59,978 bases of DNA, taken from a bacterium (GTDB lineage: Bacteria > Elusimicrobiota > Elusimicrobia > Elusimicrobiales > UBA9959). The stretch is taken from the NCBI GenBank assembly GCA_021811405.1, contig JAJZOZ010000002.1, positions 1 to 59,978 of the forward strand, given 5' to 3'. Shown in pieces: positions 8,689 through 16,647 of the stretch; the stretch's first letter is position 1; the number at the start of each line of letters is the position of its first letter. The position numbers and the translations under genes are program-made. The notes under the pieces are model-generated. The model saw only the letters and a program-made list of their open reading frames with translations. It did no database searches and was not told the origin of the DNA.

Positions 8689-9521
8689 ATATAGAGCTCG
8701 AAAGGCTTGAAGTCGAAAACGCTGAACAGCAGCAGCGAGGCGAACAGCAGCGCCGCGGCCGCGAAAAAGACGGACCTGCCGGTGGCGCGGCAGACGCGGT
8801 GCAGCGCCAGCACGCCCAGCACGGTCCCCGCCCTCATGGCCAGGCCGCCCAGGGAGCAGGAGACGCCGCCGAGCGCCAGCAGCATGCCCAGGGCCAGCAG
8901 CGAGATGGCCAGCGACATCGCGAAGCCGGCCGCGGAGAGCCTTCGTATGATCCTGGTCCAGTTGACGCTGTCGAGGCCGCAGGCGGCGGTTCCGCCGCAG
9001 GCGTATCCCGTCTTCAGGCCGCGCCAGCGCCAGTAGACCGCGAAAGCCGAGTAGAAGACTATGCCGGAAAGGGGGCCGGCCAGCAGCAGCGGCATGCCGG
9101 CGCGGGAGTCCATGCCGGTGAACAGCCAGCCGGAGAATCCTCCGGCGGCCCAGACCAGCAGGCAGATCTGAGTGGTCATCGGCTTCAGCCTGCCCCAGAA
9201 GACCCTGTCGCCTATGGAGGCGAAGCTCGAGGCCAGGGCCTGCTTGACGCCGGGCATGCTCTTCAGCGCGGCCTCCTGGTCGGCGGACGCCGCGGCCTTC
9301 TCCTCCATGCGGGCCAGGTTGCCGGCCACGAAGGAGGCCATGTAGGGCTGCGTGTTCACCAGTTGCAGGTGGCGCAGCAGCGCCGCCTTCAGCTTCTCCC
9401 TGTCGGGGTAGATCCTCTCCAGGGCGGGCATCAGCGTGAAGGCGAAGCCGAGGTTCTGGAACCTTTCGTAGTTCCAGCCCGCCTGCATTAAGAACGACCT
9501 CAGAAACATCGACGCGAACAT
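8685..9521 (-). CDS. PTS mannose/fructose/sorbose-family EIID component
   Basis: Track ORF 8685..9782, trimmed to ATG 9521 (MFASMFLRSFLMQAGWNYERFQNLGFAF..., the typical EIID N-terminus). The upstream 87 codons are Arg/Gly-rich and overlap the EIIC gene. Confidence 0.85.
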   Translation of the reverse strand: MFASMFLRSFLMQAGWNYERFQNLGFAFTLMPALERIYPDREKLKAALLRHLQLVNTQPYMASFVAGNLARMEEKAAASADQEAALKSMPGVKQALASSFASIGDRVFWGRLKPMTTQICLLVWAAGGFSGWLFTGMDSRAGMPLLLAGPLSGIVFYSAFAVYWRWRGLKTGYACGGTAACGLDSVNWTRIIRRLSAAGFAMSLAISLLALGMLLALGGVSCSLGGLAMRAGTVLGVLALHRVCRATGRSVFFAAAALLFASLLLFSVFDFKPFELYI

Positions 9522-9523
9522 CT

Positions 9524-10129
9524 TTATCCTTTCTTGTAGATCTGCGTCCTGAACCTGAAATAGAGCCCGCTCAGGCCCAGCCACGGCATCAGCGAGTAGG
9601 CGAAATCCGTACCCGGGTAGAGGCGGGCCACGCCCGGCACCGCGGCCAGCAGCCCGGCCGCGGCGGCGCAGCACGTCACGAAAGCCGCGGTGGCCGCCGC
9701 CTCGGAAGCCAGCGAGAAGGCGACCCAGCGGCCCAGGCCGAGATCGCCGGCGGCGACCTGGGCGTCCAGCTTCCTGCCCCACGAGGAGCGGGCCGCGCGC
9801 AGCCTGTACTCCAGCGGGGAGAAGAGCGAGCCCGCGGCCAGGCCGATGAAGAAGGCCAGCGAAGGGGCCAGCCCGCCCGCGGTATGGGCCAGCACCGCGG
9901 CCGCGGCGGCCACGGCCCCGTTCGGCGGCACGACGCCGCCCACCGGGATGAAATCCATGTACAGCAGCTCTATGATGGCGCCGAGGCGGGCCCCCTCCAG
10001 AGGAAAGCCGTTCAACCAGCCCAGCAGCGGGCCGACCAGCGCCGGGCGCGACAGCAGGAACTGGCCCGCCTGGACGGTGTCCAGGCCGAGCAGGCCCGCC
10101 AGGGCGGAGGAAACGAGGGCCTTAAGCAA
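9524..10129 (-). CDS. PTS mannose-family EIIC component (short, 201 aa)
   Basis: Polytopic membrane protein (LLGLDTVQAGQFLLSRPALVGPLLGW...ELLYMDFIPVGG) resembling EII-Sor/ManY. It sits between the EIIB and EIID genes. Confidence 0.8.
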   Translation of the reverse strand: MLKALVSSALAGLLGLDTVQAGQFLLSRPALVGPLLGWLNGFPLEGARLGAIIELLYMDFIPVGGVVPPNGAVAAAAAVLAHTAGGLAPSLAFFIGLAAGSLFSPLEYRLRAARSSWGRKLDAQVAAGDLGLGRWVAFSLASEAAATAAFVTCCAAAAGLLAAVPGVARLYPGTDFAYSLMPWLGLSGLYFRFRTQIYKKG

Positions 10130-10170
10130 GGATGCCTCCCCGTACCGCGCGGCGCGTTCCCGTTCCCATG

Positions 10171-10647
10171 CTAGGCTATGGCCTCCATGAGGTTGAGGGG
10201 CTTGTCCGAGGGCACGCCGCGGCCCTCTATCTGGATGCCCGAGGCGGAGAGCTCGCGCAGCGCGGCGCAGTCCTCGTCGTTCAGGAAGATGGCCTTGCCT
10301 ATGGAAAGGTTCTTGCCGGCCGAGTAGTGCATGCCGCCGATGTTCAGCGAAGGGATCTTCACGCCGTTCTTGGAGAGCGCGACCGCCTCCGCGAGGCCCG
10401 GCAGCAGCAGCAGCACCCGGCGCGGCGACTTCTCGGCCTCCGGCAGGTAGGCCTCGGCGGCGGCCACCGTCATGATCTTCAGGTCCACGCCTTCGGGGGT
10501 GGCGAAGCGCATGATGGTCTGCCGCATCTCGTCGCCGGCTATCTCGTCGGACACCACGGCCAGCTCCTCGGCCTTGAGCAGCGGCACCCAGCCCTCCACC
10601 ACCTGGCCGTGAACCAGCCTGTCGTCCACCCTGTAAAGGATTATCAT
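10171..10647 (-). CDS. PTS mannose-family EIIB component
   Basis: 158 aa. MIILYRVDDRLVHGQVVEGW carries the active-site His of the PTS-IIB sorbose family. Confidence 0.9.
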   Translation of the reverse strand: MIILYRVDDRLVHGQVVEGWVPLLKAEELAVVSDEIAGDEMRQTIMRFATPEGVDLKIMTVAAAEAYLPEAEKSPRRVLLLLPGLAEAVALSKNGVKIPSLNIGGMHYSAGKNLSIGKAIFLNDEDCAALRELSASGIQIEGRGVPSDKPLNLMEAIA

Positions 10648-10654
10648 GCCGTCC

Positions 10655-11062
10655 TCACTTCTTCATCAGCAGGCTCTTCACTTCGCAGACGGCCTTCCGG
10701 CCGTCCTCAACTATCTTGACCGCTAGCCTGTCGAAATCCAGCGTCTGCCTGTAGGCGAACGCGGAGGTCATCATGTTTATGTTGACCCCGCAGATCACCG
10801 CGCTCTTCGCGATGTCCTTGGCCAGCGGCAGCACCACGTTCATCGGGGTGCCGCCCGGCATGTCTATCAGGAAGATCATCCCGTCCTCGGAGCGCATCTC
10901 CACTATAGCCGAGGAAATGGCATCCCGCACTCGCTCCAGCGTCATGCGCGCGGAGATGGAGACGTTCTTGAGGCCCTCGTGCTGGGCGCCCACTATGCCT
11001 TCGGCCGCCTCTATCAGGTAGGCGCCGAACTCGCCGTGCGTGATGACTATGATGTTTATCAT
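10655..11062 (-). CDS. PTS mannose-family EIIA component
   Basis: 135 aa. MINIIVITHGEFG carries the EIIA-Man His10 motif. Confidence 0.9.
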   Translation of the reverse strand: MINIIVITHGEFGAYLIEAAEGIVGAQHEGLKNVSISARMTLERVRDAISSAIVEMRSEDGMIFLIDMPGGTPMNVVLPLAKDIAKSAVICGVNINMMTSAFAYRQTLDFDRLAVKIVEDGRKAVCEVKSLLMKK

Positions 11063-11091
11063 AAGAACTCCGGCCGCGTCCCGGCGCGGCG

Positions 11092-11955
11092 CTACTTGCG
11101 GATATCCCGGTGGTATTCGGAGACCGAGAAGCCGCCCGCGGAGAGCGTCTCGGCTATCTGCCGTGCTATATAGACGCTGCGGTGCCTGCCGCCGGTGCAG
11201 CCTATCGCGATGGTCAGGTAGGACTTGCCCTCCTTGATGTAGAGCGGCAGCAGCGTCCGGATCTGCTCGGTGTAGGACTTCAGGAAGCTCTTGAAGCCGG
11301 GCTGCCGGCGCAGATAGGCCCCCACGGGGGCGTCCATCCCGGTCTTCTTCCGCAGGGAATCCACGTAGTACGGGTTGGGCAGGAAGCGCACGTCCATCAC
11401 GATGTCCGCGTCCAGCGGTATGCCGTACTTGTAGCCGAACGAGATCACGGAGAGCTTCATCTCCGCCGTGCGCTTGAGCTCCAGGGCGGCCGAGAGGACC
11501 TCCTTGAGCTCGCCCAGCGTGAGCTTGGTGGTGTCTATCACCTTGTTGGCCCGGGCCTTCAGCTCGAAGAGCAGCCGCCGCTCCTCCTTGACCGCCGCCG
11601 CGATGTTCTTGCCGAGCGGGTGGCGGTGGCGGGTCTCCGAGAAGCGCTGCATCAGCACCTCGTCGGAGGCGTCGAGGAACATGATCTTGTAGTCCAGGCC
11701 CAGTTTGCCCAGGTTGTCCAGCGTGCGGATGAAGTCCTTGAAGAAGCGGCCTTCGCGGATGTCTATGCCCAGCGCCACGTTCCTCAGGTAGCGCCGGTCG
11801 CCCACCAGGCCCGCGAACTGAGGGATCAGCGAGATCGGCAGGTTGTCGATGCAGTAGAACCCGAGGTCCTCGAAGGACTTCAGCGCCTGGCTCTTGCCGG
11901 CTCCGGACATGCCCGTGATGATGAATATCCTGCCCTTCCTGCCGGTCGTGGCCAT
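11092..11955 (-). CDS. rapZ: RNase adapter protein RapZ (YhbJ-family P-loop NTPase)
   Basis: Track ORF 11092..12630, trimmed to ATG 11955 (MATTGRKGRIFIITGMSGAGKSQALKSFEDLGFYCIDNLP...). C-terminal IAIGCTGGRHRSV motif. The start overlaps the hprK stop by 1 nt (TAATG). Confidence 0.9.
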   Translation of the reverse strand: MATTGRKGRIFIITGMSGAGKSQALKSFEDLGFYCIDNLPISLIPQFAGLVGDRRYLRNVALGIDIREGRFFKDFIRTLDNLGKLGLDYKIMFLDASDEVLMQRFSETRHRHPLGKNIAAAVKEERRLLFELKARANKVIDTTKLTLGELKEVLSAALELKRTAEMKLSVISFGYKYGIPLDADIVMDVRFLPNPYYVDSLRKKTGMDAPVGAYLRRQPGFKSFLKSYTEQIRTLLPLYIKEGKSYLTIAIGCTGGRHRSVYIARQIAETLSAGGFSVSEYHRDIRK

Positions 11956-12917
11956 TATTTCTTCCCCATCTCGCGTATCAGGCTGTCGTTGAAGCGCTTG
12001 GCGACGAAGTAGCCCTGGTTCTTCAGGCGCTGGTTCAGCGCGGCGACCTCTATCAGCACGGCCAGGTTGCGCCCCGGCGTGACCGGCAGCCGCAGCGACG
12101 GCACGGGCACCTCCAGGATGCTGACGCTGTCGGCCTTCAGGCCGGTGCGGTCGTAGTTGGCCAGCGAGCCGGAAGGCACGCTCTCCAGCTTGACGTGCAT
12201 CTCGATCAGCGACTGGTCCATCGTGGAGCCGATACCGAACAGCAGCTCCACGTCTATGATGCCGAGGCCGCGCACTTCCATGTAATGCTTGATGTTCTTC
12301 GGCGAGTTGCCGACGAGCATATAACCGATGCGCCGCTTCACCTCGACCACGTCGTCGGCGATCAGGATGTGGCCGCGCTTGAGCAGCTCGAGCGCGCACT
12401 CCGACTTGCCCACCCCGGAGTCGCCCTGGATCAGCACGCCCAGCCCGTAGACGTTGACCAGCACGCCGTGGGCGTACGTGATGGCCGCGAGCTGGTCGTC
12501 CAGGAACATCGTCAGCTCGCGGATGAACGCCGACGTGTCCGAGGTGGTGGTCAGCAGCGGCACCCGCGCCTTCGCGCAGGCATGCTTGATCACGGTCAGC
12601 GGCTTGGCGCCGCCGGTCACTATCACGCACGGGATGTCCTGCGCGGAGAACATCTTCTGCAGGTTGGCCGAGACCCTGCGCGCGTCCTCTTTCTGGCAGT
12701 AGGCGTACTCGCCCTGCCCGATGATCTGGATGCGCTCCGCCCGGAACTGCTCCATGTGGCCGGCTATCGCGAGGCCGGGGCGGTTTATCTCGCTGACCGT
12801 CACGTGACGGTTGAGGTTCCCCGCGCCGGCGACGGCCTTCAGGCCCAGGATCTTGCCCCTGGACCTGAGCAGTTCCCTTACGGTGATATGCTTGGCCGGC
12901 CTGGTCTGCTCTGACAT
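11955..12917 (-). CDS. hprK: HPr kinase/phosphorylase
   Basis: 320 aa. Walker A GDSGVGKSE and LIADDVV, with the full-length two-domain HprK layout. Confidence 0.93.
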   Translation of the reverse strand: MSEQTRPAKHITVRELLRSRGKILGLKAVAGAGNLNRHVTVSEINRPGLAIAGHMEQFRAERIQIIGQGEYAYCQKEDARRVSANLQKMFSAQDIPCVIVTGGAKPLTVIKHACAKARVPLLTTTSDTSAFIRELTMFLDDQLAAITYAHGVLVNVYGLGVLIQGDSGVGKSECALELLKRGHILIADDVVEVKRRIGYMLVGNSPKNIKHYMEVRGLGIIDVELLFGIGSTMDQSLIEMHVKLESVPSGSLANYDRTGLKADSVSILEVPVPSLRLPVTPGRNLAVLIEVAALNQRLKNQGYFVAKRFNDSLIREMGKK

Positions 12918-12930
12918 CTGGCCGCGCCGC

Positions 12931-13452
12931 TTACTTCTTCACCGGCTGCAGCAGCCCGTAGGTGCTGTCGAGCCGCTTGAAGACGACCTGGAGCTGCTTC
13001 GAGCCCCTGTCCTGGAACATCCAGAAATTGAAGCCGAGTTTCTCCATCTCTATGACGGCCTCTTCCTTGTTCATCGGCTTGAGCGGTACGTCCTTGATGA
13101 CCGAGAAGCGGATCTCGGGGCCGACCAGCGTGGTGAACTCGCCCAGGTCGGTGACCTCGGCGGCGTGGTGGTCGGTAAAACGCTCCTTGTACTTCTTGAC
13201 CTGGGCCTCCATCTTGTCCATGGCCTTGTCGATGGCGGAGTACATCTCGTCGGTGGTGGCGGCGGCCTTCATGGTCTGGTGGCCGGCGTGCACTATGACC
13301 TCGGCGGCGTGGATCTTCTTCTCCACCGAAACTATGACCTGCGCCCAGACTATGTTGTCCAGGTACTCGTGGAGCTTCTCGAGCTTGGTCTCGATGAACT
13401 CTTTTATCGGCTTGGTCATCTTTATCTTGCGGGCCACTATATGTATTCTCAT
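12931..13452 (-). CDS. hpf: Ribosome hibernation promoting factor (long HPF)
   Basis: MRIHIVARKIKMTKPIKEFIETKLEKL... plus a C-terminal dimerisation domain (PMNKEEAVIEMEKLGFNFWMFQD). ATG 13452 is preferred over 13464 because GGAGG lies 5-6 nt upstream of it. Confidence 0.88.
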   Translation of the reverse strand: MRIHIVARKIKMTKPIKEFIETKLEKLHEYLDNIVWAQVIVSVEKKIHAAEVIVHAGHQTMKAAATTDEMYSAIDKAMDKMEAQVKKYKERFTDHHAAEVTDLGEFTTLVGPEIRFSVIKDVPLKPMNKEEAVIEMEKLGFNFWMFQDRGSKQLQVVFKRLDSTYGLLQPVKK

Positions 13453-13480
13453 CTTGTCCTCCATGCATGCAGCTCTTGCT

Positions 13481-13514
13481 AAAACAAAATCTCCCCCGCT
13501 TTGGGGGCGGGGAG
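13481..13514 (-). terminator. Terminator-like hairpin plus U-tract upstream of hpf
   Basis: The minus strand reads CUCCCCGC-CCCCAAA-GCGGGGGAG (8-bp stem with one bulge), then AUUUUGUUUU. An AT-rich stretch (13515..13545) lies immediately 5' of it. Confidence 0.35.
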
Positions 13515-13575
13515 CGATTTATATATTTTATCATAATTAAGGGAAGGCCGGCGAAGGCCCGGCCGGCCGCCCTTC

Positions 13576-13602
13576 TTGCCCGGGGCGGCTCTGTGCTATG
13601 AT
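13576..13602 (+). promoter_or_regulatory. Candidate extended -10 promoter giving a leaderless ABC transcript
   Basis: TTGCCC (13576..13581), 15 nt, then TGcTATGAT (the -10 hexamer is 13597..13602). Exactly 6 nt separate the -10 from ATG 13609 and there is no Shine-Dalgarno sequence. Confidence 0.4.
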
Positions 13603-13608
13603 ACTGGA

Positions 13609-14280
13609 ATGGTCCTGGAAGCCCGCGGGCTGGTAAAGGTCTTCCCGCCGCCGCCGTTCAGCGGCGGCGCGGGCCTGCGCGCGCTGGACGGCGTGGATCT
13701 GGCGGCCGGGCCGGGGACGCTGGGGCTGGAAGGGCCCAACGGCTCAGGCAAGACCACCCTGCTGAAGACCCTGGCCGGGGTGCTGGAGGCCGACGGAGGG
13801 ACCATAAGCGCCGGCGGCAGGCCCGCCGCTTCCGCCGACCTCAGGAAGATAGCCGCCCTCTGCCCCCCCAACCCCAGGAGCTTCTACTTCCGCCTGAGCG
13901 CCGCCGAGAACCTGCGCTTTTTCGGCGCGCTGGCCGGGCTGGAGCCCGGGCGCTCCCTGGCGCTGGCCCGCGGGCTGGGCGCCAGGCTGGGCCTGCCGGA
14001 GGCGGAGCTGGAGCGCCGCTTCGACCGCCTCTCCGAGGGGAACATGCAGAAGGTGTCGCTGATACGGGCCTTCTCGCGCCCCGCGGAGTTCCTGCTGCTG
14101 GACGAGCCTTTCCGCGGCCTGGACTCCGCCGCGGTCAACGGCCTGCTGGGGCTGATAGAGGAGCGCGGACGGCTCGGGGCGGTGCTGCTGTCCTCGCATT
14201 CGCCCGGCCTGCTGCGCGAGGCCGCGCCCAGGGTGGTAACGCTGGAAAAAGGCCGCGTGCGCAACGGGGGAGCTCAATGA
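13609..14280 (+). CDS. ABC transporter ATP-binding protein
   Basis: Track ORF trimmed to ATG 13609 (MVLEARGLVKVF). Walker A GPNGSGKTT, signature LSEGNMQKV, Walker B LLLDEP. Confidence 0.88.
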   Translation: MVLEARGLVKVFPPPPFSGGAGLRALDGVDLAAGPGTLGLEGPNGSGKTTLLKTLAGVLEADGGTISAGGRPAASADLRKIAALCPPNPRSFYFRLSAAENLRFFGALAGLEPGRSLALARGLGARLGLPEAELERRFDRLSEGNMQKVSLIRAFSRPAEFLLLDEPFRGLDSAAVNGLLGLIEERGRLGAVLLSSHSPGLLREAAPRVVTLEKGRVRNGGAQ

Positions 14281-15089
14281 GCCTTGCGCGCCTGATGCTG
14301 GCCTTCGTCAGGCGGGACTTCCTGACGGAAAGCAGCTACAGGCTATCTTTCGCGCTGGGGGCGCTGGCCTCTCTGGCGAACCTCGCGGTGTTCTATTTCA
14401 TCGGCCGGCTGTTCGGGGACGCGCTGGCGCCGGACCTCGCGCCCTACCGCTGCGGCTACTTCGCCTACGCTTTCGCGTCGCTGGCCTTCTTCGGCTATAT
14501 CGGCACCGGCGCGGGCTCGTACGCCGAGAGGCTGCGCCTCGAGCAGACGCAGGGCACGCTGGAGGCGGCCCTCTCCACCCCGCTCGGCACGCTGCCGCTG
14601 CTGGCCGCGCTGTCGGCGTGGAACTTCGTCTTCGCCACGTTCGAGCTCGCCGTCTACGCGCTGGCGGGCTTCTTCGCCTTCGGCCTGCGCTTCCCGCAGG
14701 CGAACTGGCCGGCCGCCTCGCTGGTCTTCCTGCTCTCGGCGGCCGCATTCGCTTCCCTCGGCGTGCTCTCTTCCTGCTTCGTGATGCTGTTCAAGCGCGG
14801 CAACCCGGTGGCCTGGCTTCTTAATAATTTCGAAGGACTGCTGGGCGGGGTGTACTTCCCGGTGACGGTGCTGCCGGGCTGGCTGCTGGCGGTGTCGAAG
14901 CTGCTGCCGGTCACCTACGCGGTGCGGGCCTTCCAGCTGGCGCTGAACGGCGGGGCTGGCGTGGGCGCGATAAAAGGCGACCTGCTGGCGCTGGCCGCCT
15001 TCGACGCGGCGCTGGCCCCGGCCGCGGTATGGCTTTTCGGTCTCTCGGTGCGCCGCGCCAGGAAGGCCGGCACGCTCGGGGAATACTAG
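14277..15089 (+). CDS. ABC-2 type transporter permease
   Basis: 270 aa with about six hydrophobic segments. The start overlaps the ATPase stop (ATGA), the typical ABC-2 exporter pairing. Confidence 0.8.
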   Translation: MSLARLMLAFVRRDFLTESSYRLSFALGALASLANLAVFYFIGRLFGDALAPDLAPYRCGYFAYAFASLAFFGYIGTGAGSYAERLRLEQTQGTLEAALSTPLGTLPLLAALSAWNFVFATFELAVYALAGFFAFGLRFPQANWPAASLVFLLSAAAFASLGVLSSCFVMLFKRGNPVAWLLNNFEGLLGGVYFPVTVLPGWLLAVSKLLPVTYAVRAFQLALNGGAGVGAIKGDLLALAAFDAALAPAAVWLFGLSVRRARKAGTLGEY

Positions 15090-15096
15090 TTCGCCT

Positions 15097-16632
15097 TCAG
15101 TTCTTGACCGCGAGAGCGTAATGCGAGCTGAGCGGCACGGCGCCGGTAAGCTCGCAGACCCCTCCATCGCAGCCCCCCTTCTCCGCCGGCACCCGTCTCC
15201 ACCCCGAAGAGGTCATATAGAACAGCCAGGGTTCCCCGTAATTGACGGCTGGCTCCAGGAAACGGAAGGTCATGGATATATCCCCGCTGACGCCGGCAAA
15301 GCCCGAGCCCAGCTGCCAGGCCGCCAGAGGAGTGAAGCCCTTGGGAAGGGACGAGCGCAGGCCCGGCGGCAGGGCGCCTTCCAGCACCTCCAGCCGCTGC
15401 TCCGCGCCTCCGCGCTGCCTGGTCCTGAATTCCATGGCGCTCAGGGCCGCCTGCCCCGAGACGGCCTTCACGGCGAACTCCGCGCTGAGATTGGAGATCT
15501 TCACCGGCCGGCGCGTGACCTCGTAGTTAAGCGTCGCCCCCTCGACCCTCTCCGCCGCGGGTTCGGCCCCGGTCGGAGGCTTGGGCGCCGCCTTTGGCGG
15601 CACCCCGAACCTGAAGGCCAGCGAGACGCGGTGGGCCGAACCCAGGTCGCCGAACGGGGAGAAAGCATAGTCGAAGCTGAACTGGTCGTAGACAAAGCCG
15701 AGGCCTGCGGAAAAACCGGACCAGGCGCCCAGTTCGTTGCCGTGCTGCCGGTAGCGGTAGCCGGTTCTGAGCGCCAGGCCGCCCGGCAACGGGTGTTCCA
15801 AACCCACCGCCAGCGACGGGTAATTGTCTATCGGCTTGACCAGGTCAGCGGAGAGCAGCAATCCCTTCTGATATATCCGGTGGGAGATGCCGGCCCTGAA
15901 GGTCAGCGGCAGGTCGAAACTCCGGGAGACGAACTTTATTCCAGGCCCGAAGTTCTGCACCGCGAAGCCGGCGGTGAACTGCCTGTCCAGCCAGTTGAAA
16001 TCGCAAAGCGCGCCGAGGTCCAGCGCGACGGTGTTGCCGGCTTCGTTGTCTATGCTCTGGCGGATGAACTTGAGGGCCGCGCCAAGGCGCAGGTCCTGGC
16101 CGTAGCTGAAGCCGTAGGCGGCGGAGAAGGCCATGTCGTAGGCGCTGAACTTCCCCTCCACCGGCGAGATCGGGACCAGCGGGTCGGCCTCGTTGAGGCC
16201 GCTGCGCCTCTCCATGTCCTTCGGCGTGTAGAAATAATCCAGGCCCAGGCCCAGCGTGCCGCGCGCCAGCGGGCCGCTCTTGAACAGACCCGTCTCCTCG
16301 CCTGGCAGCGTGAAGCCGAAATACTCCTGGCCAAGCCCCTGGAAGTAGTCGTTATGCGTGAAGACCAGCGTCTTGCCCGGGCCCAGCGCCAGGCCGGCAG
16401 GGTTCCAGTAGACGGCGTAGGCGTCGTCGGAAAGCGCGGTATAGGCCCCGGCCATAGCGGAGGGGCGGGCGCCCACCCCTATCTTCAGAAAGGCGGCGGA
16501 GGTGGTGCCGGCGGAAGGGTAGATCCTGGCCGCGCGGGAATCCGCGGCCGCTGCGCAGAGGCAGACAGCCGCCAGCAGCGCGGCGGCCGCCAGCCCCGTC
16601 CTCTTCGATTCGCTTTCTCTCGGCATATCCAT
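15097..16632 (-). CDS. PorV/PorQ-like outer-membrane beta-barrel protein with an extra C-terminal domain of about 165 aa
   Basis: 511 aa with a signal peptide. The N-terminal signature SAAFLKIGVGARPSAMAGAYTALSDDAYAVYWNPAGLA is typical of the PorV/PorQ (FadL-like) family. The barrel shows an alternating beta-strand pattern ending ..SAHRVSLAFRF, followed by an uncharacterised domain. Confidence 0.72.
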   Translation of the reverse strand: MDMPRESESKRTGLAAAALLAAVCLCAAAADSRAARIYPSAGTTSAAFLKIGVGARPSAMAGAYTALSDDAYAVYWNPAGLALGPGKTLVFTHNDYFQGLGQEYFGFTLPGEETGLFKSGPLARGTLGLGLDYFYTPKDMERRSGLNEADPLVPISPVEGKFSAYDMAFSAAYGFSYGQDLRLGAALKFIRQSIDNEAGNTVALDLGALCDFNWLDRQFTAGFAVQNFGPGIKFVSRSFDLPLTFRAGISHRIYQKGLLLSADLVKPIDNYPSLAVGLEHPLPGGLALRTGYRYRQHGNELGAWSGFSAGLGFVYDQFSFDYAFSPFGDLGSAHRVSLAFRFGVPPKAAPKPPTGAEPAAERVEGATLNYEVTRRPVKISNLSAEFAVKAVSGQAALSAMEFRTRQRGGAEQRLEVLEGALPPGLRSSLPKGFTPLAAWQLGSGFAGVSGDISMTFRFLEPAVNYGEPWLFYMTSSGWRRVPAEKGGCDGGVCELTGAVPLSSHYALAVKN

Positions 16633-16647
16633 CCCCTGGTCCTTCCC

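Noticed and set aside
11956-12630. The N-terminal extension of the rapZ ORF (512-aa version). Analogous extensions exist for the EIID ORF (9522..9782), the PilX-like ORF (52500..52610) and the small ORF (1450..1686).
   Set aside because: The extensions overlap upstream genes or RNA features and have junk composition. Internal ATGs give canonical family N-termini and tight operon spacing.
13453-13464. An alternative hpf start (MEDKMRIHIV) at 13464.
   Set aside because: That ATG is part of the GGAGG Shine-Dalgarno sequence serving ATG 13452, and the family N-terminus is MRI.I. The longer form cannot be fully excluded.
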